Origin: Octopus vulgaris
Lineage: Eukaryota
Length of the DNA: 64,000 nucleotides
Reading direction: 5' to 3'
NCBI GenBank assembly: GCA_951406725.2
Contig: CATOCA020000001.1
Location: 8,370,001-8,434,000, forward strand
The position numbers and the translations under genes were made by a program. Within the stretch, counting starts at the first letter, position 1. Each line of letters starts with the position of its first letter. Positions 25,904 to 40,093 of the stretch are shown here, piece after piece. The notes beneath the pieces are model-generated. The model had not been told where the DNA came from. It searched no databases and saw only the letters and a program-made list of their open reading frames with translations.

Positions 25904-25965
25904 ACAAGTTTCATCAACAAAAACATATTAGTAACTACTACTATGTTTTTGTTGATGAAACTTGT
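25904..25965. repeat. Perfect 24-bp-arm hairpin with a 14-nt loop
   Basis: acaagtttcatcaacaaaaacata pairs with tatgtttttgttgatgaaacttgt. Confidence 0.92.
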
Positions 25966-26720
25966 TTCGAACCCATTTTCCGCGCTTAAATTACAAATCC
26001 GCTTCCACTTTATCATGTTGAAAATTTGATTGAAATCGGGCAAAAGGTGTCCAACCTAGACCCACCAGTGTCCCCCCAAATCAATAAAATCCCAGCTTTT
26101 ACAGCAAAGCAACCACTGTAGTGCCCCGAAACGTCTCCCAATCAATTTCTCACTTCAAGTTACCCCCTACTGTAAATTCTATTCCCCTTCCAGCCCCATT
26201 TAAACCCTTTTTTATATAAAAATCCAGTTTGTATCAACGTTCGTCTTTTTCATTTTTTACATTAGATTAGATGCCAATCGTGCCAATTTGGAGGGGCTTA
26301 GAGCCCCCTCGAATCGATAAAAAATCACACTTCTCACCATAGCAACCACATCTTTCCCGATGGCGAATTTTAACCTACTCAACTCTCTGCCTTCTATGCC
26401 TGTGCCAATTTTCAGCTCGATCCGACCACTGGTCTGACCCCCGACCTCTGACGTAGCCAAATGTGTGCACAATTTTGAGCCAAAGCCTCTTTTGTATATA
26501 TCGACAAGAGGAGAGACCACTCAGTGGATCCCTTATATGCTAAAAATAATATTAATTTCTACTCCTTTTATCTTTTATCATGCTTTGCTACCTTTCATAC
26601 CTTCAGGTTTGGTGAAATTAGTTTTAAAATTATTAATTGCTTTTTTAACTACATTTTTTAATTTCTTTATGTTCGATTGAATTAACAGATAACTCTCGCG
26701 CTCGTATGCACACACACACA

Positions 26721-26770
<50 letters not shown>

Positions 26771-27171
26771 CACACACGCATACACACGCATATATTATTT
26801 CGCAACAGATAAGTATTCTTGATATTTATGTTTAGTCGTTACTTGTAAATGAAATCATTGAAACTACTGAGTTGTTCCCCTTGCAACGTATCTATTTCTG
26901 AATGCTGAAATACTAAAAAAAAATCACTCTTTTTGCCATAACAACCACATCTTTATAGCTTGCGAATTTTAACCATCACGGGTCTCATCCTCACCACGCA
27001 TTTAGTATCCCTGCCTATTTTCAGCTGGGTCCTAGCTTCGGTTTGGCCGCCATTAAACGTCAAAGCAAAATGTACATACGATTTTCGTCCAAGGACAGTT
27101 TTATAGATATCGATTATAGTCCATTGTTGTTATTATAGTATATTGCCGTGCCAACATATATATATATATAT

Positions 27172-27452
27172 GGGGGCGGGGGCATATGACCTAGTGGTTA
27201 GAGCAGGGGCCTCGTGCGGTAGAGGGATCGTGGGCTCGAATCTCAGACCGGGCGATGTGTGTGTTTATGAGCGAAGCACCTAAACCCCACGTGGCTCCGG
27301 CAGAAGGTGAGGGCGAACTTCTGCTGACTCTTTCGCCACCACGTTCTCTCACTCTTTCCTCCTGCTTCTAGCAACTCACCAGGTGGGGAACCTATTCGCC
27401 AATGAAACCGGGAAACCGGCCCTTATCAAATGGAACAAACAATAACAAGAGC
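27172..27452 (+). mobile_element. tRNA-derived SINE, family C
   Basis: A-box TGACCTAGTGG, B-box-like GGCTCGAATCTC, GC-rich body, (AAC)-like tail, between (TA)n runs. Confidence 0.55.
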
Positions 27453-27508
<56 letters not shown>

Positions 27509-27554
27509 ATATGTATATATATGTATATGTGAATATATATTCTCTTTTTCTCTT

Positions 27555-27919
27555 CTTCTCTTTTACTTGTTTCAGTCATTTGACTGCGGCCATGCTGGAG
27601 CACCGCCTTTAATCGAGCAACTCGACCCCGGGACTTATTCTTTGTAAGCCCAGTACTTATTCTATCGGCCTCTTTTTTGCCGAACCGCTAAGTGACGGGG
27701 ACGTAAACACACCAGCATCGGTTGTCAAGCGATGCTAGGGGGACAAACACAGACACACAAACACACACATACATATATATACATATATACGACAGGCTTC
27801 TTTCAGTTTCCGTCTACCAAATCCACTCAGAAGACACTTGCCCAAGATGCCACGCAGTGGGACTGAACCCGGAACCATGTGGTTGTTAGTAAGCTACTTA
27901 CCACACAGCCACTCCTGCG

Positions 27920-27976
<57 letters not shown>

Positions 27977-28320
27977 GTTTACCAGTTTCAGTCATTTGAC
28001 TGCGGCCATGCAGGAGCACCGCCTTTAGCCGAACAAATCTTCCCCAGGACTTATTCTTTGTAAGTCTGATACTTATTCTATCGGTCTCCCTTGCCGAACC
28101 ACTAAGTTACGGGGACGTAAACACACCAAGCGAAACAAACACTCAGACACACACGCACACATTTGTATATATTTCGGTTTCCGTCTACCCAATCCATTCA
28201 CAAGGCGTTGGTCGGATCGAGGCTATAGTAGAAGACACTTTCCCAAACTGCCACACAGAGGGACTGAAGCCTCAGCCACGTGGTTGGTAAGCAAGGTACT
28301 TACCACACAGCTACTCCTGC
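27555..28320 (-). mobile_element. Two tandem SINE family A copies (27555-27922, 27976-28320)
   Basis: Reverse-complement homology to the 12830-14020 copies. Confidence 0.88.
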
Positions 28321-28717
28321 ATATATACACAAACGTGTGTGTCAATGCACTCATACACACACACATGCGCCTACACACACACAGACACACATGTACATGT
28401 ATGTATGTATATATACTTAGATTATATAGGAAAGGACTTGAATGTGTGCGTGCGTGTGTGTGTGTGTGTGTGCGTGTGTGTGTATTGATACTTGTGTCTA
28501 CATACACATGAATATATTCTTTGAATGTATTGATTACTTTTGTTACTGGACTACGGCCAAACTGGAGCAACATTCTAAAGGGTTCAGAGCAGGAAATCGA
28601 TGCATGTACTTATTCTTAAAGCTGGCTCTTATCCTATGGGTCCCTGTATTCTGAACATTTACATTATGAGGACATAAACATAAGATCATCGGTTTTCATT
28701 CTGTTGTGGATGACTAA

Positions 28718-28766
<49 letters not shown>

Positions 28767-28982
28767 ACACACACACACACTCACACGCAAGCGCACCTAA
28801 ACACACTCACAGACGACAGACGACTTTCAGTCATTTTCTATCGAATTCACTCATAAGTCATTAGTCCGTGACTATAGTAGAAGGCCCCCGTTCAAGTTAC
28901 CACACTGTGGGATTGAACCTCGAACCATGTGCTTGTAAAGCAATCTTATTTTCACGTTTCCACACCATCACCTGCCTATTTG

Positions 28983-30331
<1,349 letters not shown>

Positions 30332-30393
30332 CTTATCTATCTATCTACCTATCTATCTATCTATCTATCTATCTACATATCTATTGATGTCAC

Positions 30394-30435
<42 letters not shown>

Positions 30436-30477
30436 CTCCCGTATTATATATATCGCTATATAACTCCGGCTTAATTG

Positions 30478-30703
30478 TTTATTGCCCACAAGGGGCTAAA
30501 CACAGAGGGGACGAACAAGGAGAGACAAACGGATTAAGTCGATTACATCGACTCCCGTGCGTAACTGGTACTTAATTTATCGACCCCGAAAGGATGAAAG
30601 GCAAAGTCGACCTCGGCGGAATTTGAACTAAGAACGTAACGGCGGACCAAATGCCACAAAGCATTTGGTCCGGCGTGCTAACGTTTCTGCCAGCTCGCCG
30701 CCT
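30478..30703 (-). mobile_element. SINE family B, near full length
   Basis: Head GGCGGCGAGCTGGCAGAAACGTTAG, B-box GTTCAAATTCC, GCCTTTCATCCTTTCGGGGTCGATAAATTAAGTACCAG, and tail. Confidence 0.82.
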
Positions 30704-32103
30704 TCCTATTGATTCTCTTACTTCATACTCTGTTTTCCTCACATCCGCTTTCTCCTCTCTCTCTCTCTCTTTCCTACCCTCTCTCCCTCTCTCTCTCTCT
30801 CTATTCCTCGCATCTACATCATATATTCGAGTTATCCCTCTTTCTCTCCTTTCTCTCACCATCTCGTTACACATTCATTTCAATCTCTCCACCTCCCTTG
30901 CTACATCACTTACCTTATCCTCTCCCTCACTTGCCGCAACTCTATGTCTCATACTGACCCCCTCTCTTTCTCTGTTACCCCAATGCATTAACCTATCACA
31001 CCCCGCCCTCTCCCTTTTCCCACTCCCCCACCGCATTAGACATTACCCTTTCCCTCTTCCTTTAATTTTATTTCTCAGACGCTTCTGTCCTAATAAATTA
31101 TATTTTCAGATTTGCCTTAAAATTGTTTTCTTGTTTACGTTGGTTACTAACTAATTAATTATTTAATTAATTTAATGAAAATAGTTCAGTCATTGAAGGA
31201 CAATTTAAGAAACCTTTATTAAAAGAATTGCCTTATAGAGGACTTCACATCATGCTAGAAATAACTGTCAAGTGCTCAGAAATTTGTGTTCTTTTTCATA
31301 GAGAACTGAAAGGTCTTAAAGAATCATAAATCTGCCCCCGTCAAAGTGGTCAGTATTGATGCTGAAAACACAAACCAAGGGACTTCAAATTCCCTTTGTT
31401 TATCCTTTTTATGTATGTAAGTGAAGGATAACTTCAGAAAACTTTATGAAACAATCTGACCCCTATATTGTCTCGCATCATTCAAGAAAGACCAACGATG
31501 CTTCGTATTGTTCTACAGGTGGTCCGGTATCTTGCTAGAAATAATAGCTCATTGTATTATTTTCATGCACGACTGAAGGATACTTTAAAAAGCATCTGGA
31601 GAAATATTGTCCATCTGGTGGTCTTACGTGATGCTAGAAATAACAGCCACGTACGTTAAAATTTTGTATTGTTTTCCTATAAGAAATAAGGACACTTAAA
31701 AAACCCTCTACACACACACACACATATCCTTCGCTGTGCTTCTCCAATTCTTTCACTCCCTCTCTCAACCGATACACTCCCTCTCCCATCGTTGTCTCAG
31801 AGGAGACCCCCCTCACTCTCTCTCTCTCTCTCTCCCTCTTTACCACCTCATATATCATAATATCCCTCTACTTCTTTTGCTTTCTCGCCCACGTCAATCC
31901 CTCCCCCCTCAATTTCCAAACCTCTCTGTCGCCATCTCTCTCTCTCTCCCCCCACCTCATTATATAATGCTCTATGACTACGCCTTCTTTGCTTTTATCT
32001 CTTACCTCATACTTTCCCTCTTTTGCTAAGCTTATATATCCTTCTTTACTCCCTTTCTATCTCTCTCTCTATCAGTCTCTCTCTCTATCTCTCTCTCTAT
32101 CAG

Positions 32104-32134
<31 letters not shown>

Positions 32135-32569
32135 TTGTCTGTCTCATTATTTGCCTCTCTCTTTCTCACTCTCTTTTCTTACTCTCTCTCTCTCTATCTT
32201 CCAACCCCTGTCACTGTCACTCCCCCTCTCTCTCTCTCTTACCTCATTATATATTAACTCTCCGCCTATTTTCTCCTTGTCTCTCAACTCCTACTCTCCC
32301 TCTCTATCAATTATGTTTTGTTCTAATCCTCTCTCTCTCTCTCTCTCCTTCTTACTCTCCATCTTTCTCCCTCTCTTTCCGTCCCTCGCTTTTTCTCCCA
32401 CTCACTCTCCCTCCTCCTCTCTTCAAAGAACGAAAGAATCACTTCGACTTTCTTTCTTTCTTTTCTTTTCTTTCTTCCTTCCTTCCTTCCTTCCTTTCTT
32501 TCTTCCTTTCTTTCTTTCTTTCTCTCTTTCCTTCTTCCTTTCTTTCTTTCTTTCTTTCTTTCTTTCCTG

Positions 32570-32604
<35 letters not shown>

Positions 32605-32994
32605 TTCTTTCTTTCTTTCTTTCTTTCGTTCTTTCTTTCCTTTCTTTCTTCCTTCTTTCTTTCTTTCTTTCTTTCCTGCTTTCTTTCTTTCTTTCCTTTC
32701 CTTTCCTTCTTTCTCTCTTTCTTTCTTTCTTTCTTTCTTTCCTCCTTTCTTTCTTTCTTTCCTTCTTGTTTCTTTATCTTTTTGAGCCTTTGCTTCTTTT
32801 TTCTTCCTTTGCATATTTCCTTCTTTCCTTGTTTTCTTGTTCTTTCTCTCTTTCTTTCCTCTTCCTTTTTATCCTTCTTTCTTTCTCACCTTTTTCCTTT
32901 CCTTCTTTTTTTCTTTCTTTCGTTTTTGTTTCTTTTGTTTTTCTCTTTCCTTTTTCTCTCACATATTCTCTCTATCTTTTTTTATTTCTTTCCT

Positions 32995-33088
32995 TCTTTC
33001 ATTCATTCTTTCTTTCTATTTGTCTCTAGCCTTGTTTCCTTCCTTCATTCATTCTTTCTCTCTTACTATCTTCTATTCTCTCTCTCTT

Positions 33089-33123
<35 letters not shown>

Positions 33124-33432
33124 CTATTTGTCTCTAGCCTCGTTTCCTTCTTTCATTCATTCTTCCTCTCTTACTATCTTCTATTCTCTCTCTCTCATTC
33201 TCTCTCTCTTTCTCTCTTTCTTTCTCTCTTTCTTTCTTTCTATTTGTCTCTAGCCTCGTTTCCTTCTTTCATTCATTCTTTCTCTCTTACTATCTTCTAT
33301 TCTTTCTCTCTTTCTCTCTCTCTTTCTTTCTCTCTTTCTTTCTTTCTTTCTTTCTTTCTATTTGTCGCTAGCCTTGTTTCCTTCTTTCATTCATTCTTTC
33401 TCTCTTACTATCTTCTATTCTCTCTCTCTCAT

Positions 33433-33463
<31 letters not shown>

Positions 33464-34196
33464 ATTTGTCTCTAGCCTTGTTTCCTTCTTTCATTCATTC
33501 TTTCTCTATTACTATCTTCTATTCTCTCCCTCTCTTTCTCTCTCTCTTTCCTTCTTTTTTTCTTTCTATTTGTCTCTAGCCTTGTTTCCTTCTTTCATTC
33601 ATTCTTTCTCTCTTACTATCTTCTATTCTCTCTCTCTCTCTCTTTCTCTATTTCTTTCTTTGTATTTGTCTCTAGCCTTGTTTCCTTCTTTCATTCATTC
33701 TTTCTCTCTTACTATCTTCTATTCTCTCTCTCTTTCTCTCTCTCTTTCTTTCTCTCTTTCTTTCTTTCTTACTTTCTATTTGTCTCTAGCCTTGTTTCCT
33801 TCTTTCATTCATTCTTTGTCCCTTACTATCTTCTATTCTCTCTCTCTCTCTCTTTCTCTCTTTCTCTCTTTCCTTCTTTCTTTCTTTCTTTCTATTTGTC
33901 TCTACCCTTGTTTCATTCATTCATTCTCTCTTACTGTCTTCTATTCTCTCTCTCTTTCTCTCTCTCTTTCTTTCTCTCTTTCTTTCTTTCTTTCTTTCTA
34001 TTTGTCTAGCCTTGTTTCCTTCTTTCATTCATTCTTTGTCTCTTACAATCTTCTATTCTCTCTCTCTTTCTCTGTTTCTCTCATTCTCTCTTTCTTTCTT
34101 TCTTTCTTTCTTTCTATTTGTCTAGCCTTGTTTCCTTCTTTCATTCATTCTTTGTCTCTTACAATCTTCTATTCTCTCTCTCTTTCTCTCTTTCTC

Positions 34197-34227
<31 letters not shown>

Positions 34228-34540
34228 ATTTGTTCCTAGCCTTGTTTCCTTCTTTCATTCATTCTTTCTCTCTTACTATCTTCTATTCTCTCTCTCTCTT
34301 TCTTTCTCTCTCTCTCTTTCTTTCTCTCTCTCTCTTTCTTTCTCTCTTTCTTTCTTTCTTTCTATTTGTCTCTAGCCTTGTTTCCTTCTTTCATTCATTC
34401 TTTCTCTCTTACTATCTTCTATTCTCTCTCTCTCTTTCTTTCTCTCTTTCTTTCTTTCTTTCTTTCTATTTGTCTCTAGCCTTGTTTCCTTCTTTCATTC
34501 ATTCTTTCTCTCTTACTATCTTCTATTCTCTCTCTCCCAT

Positions 34541-34571
<31 letters not shown>

Positions 34572-34630
34572 ATTTGTCTCTAGCCTTGTTTCCTTCTTTC
34601 ATTCATTCATTCTCTCTTACTATCTTCTAT

Positions 34631-34662
<32 letters not shown>

Positions 34663-34966
34663 CTTCTTTCTTTCTTTCTATTTGTCTCTAGCCTTGTTTC
34701 CTTCCTTCATTCATTCATTCTCTCTTACTATCTTCTATTCTCTCTCTCTTTCTCTCTCTCTTTCTTTCTCTCTTTCTTTCTTTCTTTCTTTCTATTTGTC
34801 TCTGGCCTTGTTTCCTTCTTTCATTCATTCTTTCTCTCTTACTATCTTCTATTCTCTCTCTCTTTCTCTCTCTCTTTCTTTCTCTCTTTCTTTCTTTCTT
34901 TCTTTCTATTTGTCTCTAGCCTTGTTTCCTTCTTTCATTCATTCTTTCTCTCTTACTATCTTCTAT

Positions 34967-35023
<57 letters not shown>

Positions 35024-35084
35024 CTATTTGTCTCTAGCCTTGTTTCCTTCTTTCATTCATTCTTTCTCTCTTACTATCTTCTAT

Positions 35085-35115
<31 letters not shown>

Positions 35116-35850
35116 TTCTTTCTTTCCTTCTTTCTTTCTTTCTTTCTTTCTATTTGTCTCTACCCTTGTTTCATTCATTCATTCTCTCTTACTATCTTCT
35201 ATTCTCTCCCTCTCTTTCTTTCTCTCTTTCTTTCTTTCTATTTGTCTCTAGCCTTGTTTCCTTCTTTCATTCATTCTTTCTCTCTTACTATCTTCTATTC
35301 TCTCTCTCTTTCTCTCTCTCTTTCTTTTCTCTCTTTCTTTCTTTTTTTCTTTCTATTTGTCTCTAGCCTTGTTTCCTTCTTTCATTCATTCTTTCTCTCT
35401 TACTATCTTCTATTCTCTCTCTCTCATTCTCTCTCTCTTTCTTTCTGTCTTTCTTTCTATTTGTCTCTAGCCTTGTTTCCTTCTTTCATTCATTCTTTCT
35501 CTATTACTATCTTCTATTCTCTCCCTCTCTTTCTCTCTCTCTTTCCTTCTTTCTCTCTTTCTATTTGTCTCTAGCCTTGTTTCCTTCTTTCATTCATTCT
35601 TTCTCTCTTACTATCTTCTATTCTCTCTCTCTCTCTCTTTCTCTATTTCTTTCTTTGTATTTGTCTCTAGCCTTGTTTCCTTCTTTCATTCATTCTTTCT
35701 CTCTTACTATCTTCTATTCTCTCTCTCTTTCTCTCTCTCTTTCTTTCTCTCTTTCTCTCTTTCTTTCTTTCTATTTGTCTCTCGCCTTGTTTCCTTCTTT
35801 CATTCATTCATTCTCTCTTACTGTCTTCTATTCTCTCTCTCTCTCCTTCC
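32995..35850 (+). repeat. Minisatellite, ~26 units of ~95-120 bp
   Basis: Conserved core TATTTGTCTCTAGCCTTGTTTCCTTCTTTCATTCATTCTTTCTCTCTTACTATCTTCTATTC plus a variable (TC/TTTC) tract. Confidence 0.93.
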
Positions 35851-36124
35851 CCTCTTTCTCTCTCTCATTCTCATCTCGTTCTTTATTACAGAATCACTTC
35901 ACGTTTTTTCTTTCTTTCCATCTTTCTTCCTCACTTTCTTGTTCTGTTTCTTTTTCTTCCTTCATTTCATTATTCCTTCCTTCCATCTTTTCTTTCTTTC
36001 TTTTTCCCTCCCATCCTTCCCTTCTTTCTTCTTTTCTCTCTTGATTTCCTTCTTTCTCGTTGTCTCTTCCTCCCTCTCTCCTCTCACTTTCTCTTTTGTC
36101 ATCTCTGTAACCCCATCTCTCAAT

Positions 36125-36156
<32 letters not shown>

Positions 36157-36339
36157 CTTCAAACCCATCTCTTTGTCTCCCTCTTCTTCTCTCTCTTTAA
36201 CTCTGACCCTTCCTCTATCTGACTGTCTGTCTGTCTACCTGTGTGTCTCTCTCTCCTTTTCTCTGCTTCTCTCTCTCTCTCTCTCACCTCATTATTGATT
36301 ACTCTACCATTCTGCCTCTCTTCCCATTTATAAGTCTGA

Positions 36340-38120
36340 AGCCTATTTAGGGGTAATTTGGGGTCACTAAGTTTTAAAATAGCAATATTTTTCTTTTCTA
36401 TCACGTCACGTGATTTTTCCCTATAGACTGGTCCATATTAACCCACCCATCTTTCAGAAATTTCTCGATGTGTTTTTGGTAGAGTAGCTTAGCAGTAAGA
36501 ATCTCAGAGTCAGTTGAGCATTCAGTGAGTGAGGTTGCGACGCTCTGTTGGCCTCGTATACATACATGTATAGAAGTGTGTTTCCTAATATCTCGGTCGT
36601 CTCAATCTGCTTTGTTAATCTCTTCTTACTATCAACAAATGTACAAAAGACATCATCGTTAAACATTTCTGTTGAATATTTATTTTATCCAAGTATTTCG
36701 ACATCTATTTAGACAAACCTAGATACATAAATATGCTCTTTGTTCTTTTCTCTCTTTTCACATTTATCTCCTGAAATAATGCAGAGGTTCAGTAGCATGG
36801 TGTCATTGCGAAAGAAATGATTGAAATTCGCTGACACCTGTGGGTGTTTTACAGTATCAAGTCCAAGAATGAACATTGCTCAATTGACTTACCTGAAGAT
36901 TAAAGTTGGCAATCGGTATAAATCATGGGTCCCGCTCAATATATGTAAACCTGGTGCCGAAAAATCTATGCCAATCAACAAAGGACTCAAACAAACAACT
37001 TTTGGCATTCCTATGGCATGGTAAGAACCGAAGAACCATATTAAAGATTGCTACTTTTGTCTCACAAATTCTTCTGGTTATAGCAAGAGATTGCGACAGA
37101 ACAAATCTGGATTCATCAAATCGTCCAATGTTTCACCCAGAACCCAGTTTCAAGGATCTACCGTCATTGCAAGATAAAACTGGTATATGTGAAGTAGATG
37201 TAAAACATGAAGATGACAGTGATACAGACTTTGTAGTAAGATCGACCAAAGAACGTGAAAACCAGGCAGAACTCAAGTATTTCGTTAGAGACCTACGACT
37301 GTCACAAGAGTTATCGGAACTTATCTTCTAGGCTTAAAGAGAAGAATGTGTTGCAGAAACGTGACTTTTTATCAGAACAAAGAAAAAGTCCTCTTAGCAT
37401 TCATTACAACTGAAAATTATTTTGTTTACTGTTGTGACGTGGCGGGGCTGTTAAATGCGATGGGTGGTGGATACTATGACCGTAGTGAGTTTATAGATAG
37501 CTGAAAGAAGTGTCTAAAATGTTTGTTAGTCCATAATTGAAACTTGTTTGCTGCGCTTCCTATTGGTCACTCTGTGAACTTAAAAGAGAATTATGATCAC
37601 ATAAAAGTTGAATTAGATTTACCCAAATCTGATGAACACAAATGGGTCATATGTGTGGATCTAAAAATGCTCAACTTTTTACTTGGTCAACAAAGAGTTT
37701 ACACAAAACATCCGTCTTTCCTGGGTTTATGCGATAACCAAACGAGAGACAATCATAGGGAGCCGGAAACTCTGGCAAGTAAGGAAAAGTTTGACTTCTG
37801 GAGAGAAGAATATCATACACGAAACACTTGTTGAGCGAGAGAAAATCATTTCTCAGCCCTTAATTTTAAACTAAGACTAATGAAGTAATATATCGAAGCT
37901 CTTAATGTGGAGAGTAGCTGTTTCAAATTCATATGTTTAGCATTTCCTGTGTTATGATAAAATAATGGATGGTGTTTTTTGATGGGTCACAAATCCGAAA
38001 GTTAATGAAATGCCAGACATTCTCGTGCTCGATGACTGACGTAGAAAAAAGAGCATGGGATTCATTTGTGGCTGTTGTGAAAGGATTCGTAGCGAGTGAA
38101 AAGGCTGAAAACTACAATAA
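36340..38120 (+). mobile_element. Chapaev3-like (CMC) DNA transposon, decayed transposase
   Basis: Across frames: FGIPMAW*EPKNHIKDCYFC, NQAELKYFVRDLRLS, PIGHSVNLKENY, WVICVDLKMLNFLLGQQ, FDGSQIRKLM...AWDSFVAVVK. The family name comes from motif recall. Confidence 0.72.
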
Positions 38121-38273
38121 GGATTCATTATTTATTTGTCCTCATTTTGTTTGTTGTTCTCATTCCTAAGGTATTTTTCGATGTTATTATTATTATTAAG
38201 GTCATTGCCTGGATTCGAACTCGGAATCTTGGGGTTAGTAGCCTGTGGGCAATTATGGAGTGAATTTAATGGG

Positions 38274-39230
38274 TTATAAATCTAATATTTTCCTATCCTT
38301 CCTTAATACCGGTTCCCATATGCTATTCATATCTGCACTCGGTCTACTTAGGAGGATGTTGTGTCTTTGCATATGTGCTGCTTCTTTTAGTTTTCCTATT
38401 TTCCAGTGGTGTTCTCTGTCTATTATTTTAACTTCATCCCACCCGGATGAGGTGGTCTCCAGTTTCCAATACATGATTACCTATACCCGTTTTATCAATA
38501 TCTCCTCGTCACAGCTTTGCGATGTGCGTCTACCCTTGTTTCGAGGGGGAGGCATGTTTCGCATTTGTATAACCTACCACAGCTGCATGGGATGGAGTAC
38601 ACGCAGTCTTTGGTCATATTCTCTTCTATTGGTGGTTTTACTCGAAGGAAATATTTGTTAAGTGTTGTATTACTCTTGAATACTGTCCTGATGTCCTATG
38701 GGCCGCATATCTTTTGTATCTCTTCGGAGAAGCCTTTCACATAGGGTAGACAGACTGTGGACAGTTCATTGGTTTCATCCTCTCTTTTCTTCATAATTAG
38801 AGTGGATTGCATATTTTGGGGTAGTTGTTACTTAATAGATTGTTACTTAGCTTGATCATTTCTTCGTTGTGGGTATCACAATCGCTACTTATATTCATTG
38901 CTTGATGTTTTAGGCACTGAGCAATCCCTCTCTTTACACTGTATGGATTGTAGGAATTGAAGTTGAGGTATCGTCCGGTGAAGGTCGGCTTGTAGTATAC
39001 GGATTTCCTGAATCCATACTTGGTACATGTTATTAATACGTCCAGGAATGCCAGCTGATTGTATTTCTCCTTTTCCATTGTGAACTGTATGGATGGCTTT
39101 ATTGAGTTCACATGATATAACAGCACTTGGCCATATTCCTTGTGGGGCCAGACTATAAACGTGTCATCAACATATCGCAGCCATAGGGTTGGTTTTAGTG
39201 GTGTTGATCCTAAGATTCACTCCATAATTG
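38274..39230 (-). mobile_element. Penelope-like element fragment (Penelope/Poseidon type, RT C-terminus to GIY-YIG), decayed
   Basis: WLRYVDDTF, IQFTMEKE...LAFLDVLI...VYYKPTFTGRYLNFNS, LPYVKGFSE, CVYSIPCSCG, KLKEAAHM. It lacks the Cys-rich linker. Confidence 0.88.
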
Positions 39231-39233
39231 CAC

Positions 39234-39314
39234 ACGGGCATATGACGCAGTGGTTAAGAGCGCGGGCTACTAACCCTAAGATTCCGAGTTCGATTCACGA
39301 TTCCAGACAGGGAT

Positions 39315-39369
<55 letters not shown>

Positions 39370-39380
39370 TGGAAAATATG
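39234..39380 (+). mobile_element. tRNA-derived SINE head with (AAT)n; a related inverted piece lies at 38150-38245
   Basis: TGACGCAGTGGTTAAGAGCGCGGGCTACTAACCCTAAGATTCCGAGTTCGATTC has A/B boxes and an anticodon-like stem but no complete cloverleaf. Confidence 0.65.
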
Positions 39381-39384
39381 TAGT

Positions 39385-39800
39385 ACTCCTTGGAGTAGTC
39401 CGTCCGCTTTGGTCCTCCCGTGACTCCCACCTCTCACCTGTGGTTCATCAATGCCCTCTGTATGCAACAGTATCCACACCAAGGCTCATGGCTTCCACAG
39501 GCTGGCTAAACCATGGAAAGGGTAGCAAACGGCCTTTAACCATTAGTGGACTAGGGATAGTCTACCTAAGGATGTGAACCGGTTGAGTGTGCTGAGGAAA
39601 CCACTAGATAGGCTCGACGGACCGGCAAACTTTGTGGAGGGCCAACTGCAACCTGTCTGTAGTTTTCTTGCCTTCATCCTTCCACTGGAATCACAGAGGA
39701 AGGGACGAGAGAGTGAGTCAGATGCTATTGTGCAACCTTCCCTCACTTTAATCCATGTCACGCTCAATTCAAGATATCACACCATCCCAGGGTCAAGTAA
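39385..39800 (-). mobile_element. Probable RTE-clade LINE 5' non-coding region fragment
   Basis: Minus strand ...GGATTAAAGTGAGGGAAGGTTGCACAATAGCATCTGACTCACTCTCTCGTCC...CCAGTGG resembles RTE/BovB-type 5' ends (recalled similarity). Confidence 0.5.
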
Positions 39801-39804
39801 AAGA

Positions 39805-40045
39805 ATCGGGTTGGTGCATAATTATTTGCAGCTATTTTTCAACAAATATTATTCGACAAAAACAATAAAACTATTTATCAAAAACATCTTTACATGATCG
39901 TCTATCAAGCGAATGGGAAGTAGTTATTGAAGTAGATGGTGAATGTGCTCCGGAATAATGATTTAAAGATGTTTTGTTACATGTTATTGTTTTTGTTGAA
40001 TAAACTTTGTTGAAAAAGCCGCAATGATTATGCACCAACCCAATA
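39805..40045 (+). mobile_element. Mariner-derived MITE
   Basis: TIRs GGGTTGGTGCATAATTATT and AATGATTATGCACCAACCC; retains a transposase C-terminal remnant RLSSEWEVVIEVDGEC. Confidence 0.82.
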
Positions 40046-40048
40046 TAT

Positions 40049-40093
<45 letters not shown>

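Noticed and set aside
31974-33579. 351-aa and 518-aa hydrophobic ORFs resembling membrane proteins
   Set aside because: They derive from pyrimidine-rich simple sequence and are open in several frames at once.
32995-35850. CRISPR-like pattern of a constant repeat with variable spacers
   Set aside because: The spacers are just variable TC tracts, the repeat is ~60 bp and non-palindromic, there are no cas genes, and the context is eukaryotic.
39234-39310. Possible tRNA gene
   Set aside because: The acceptor and T stems do not close, and it runs into (AAT)n, so it is treated as a SINE head.
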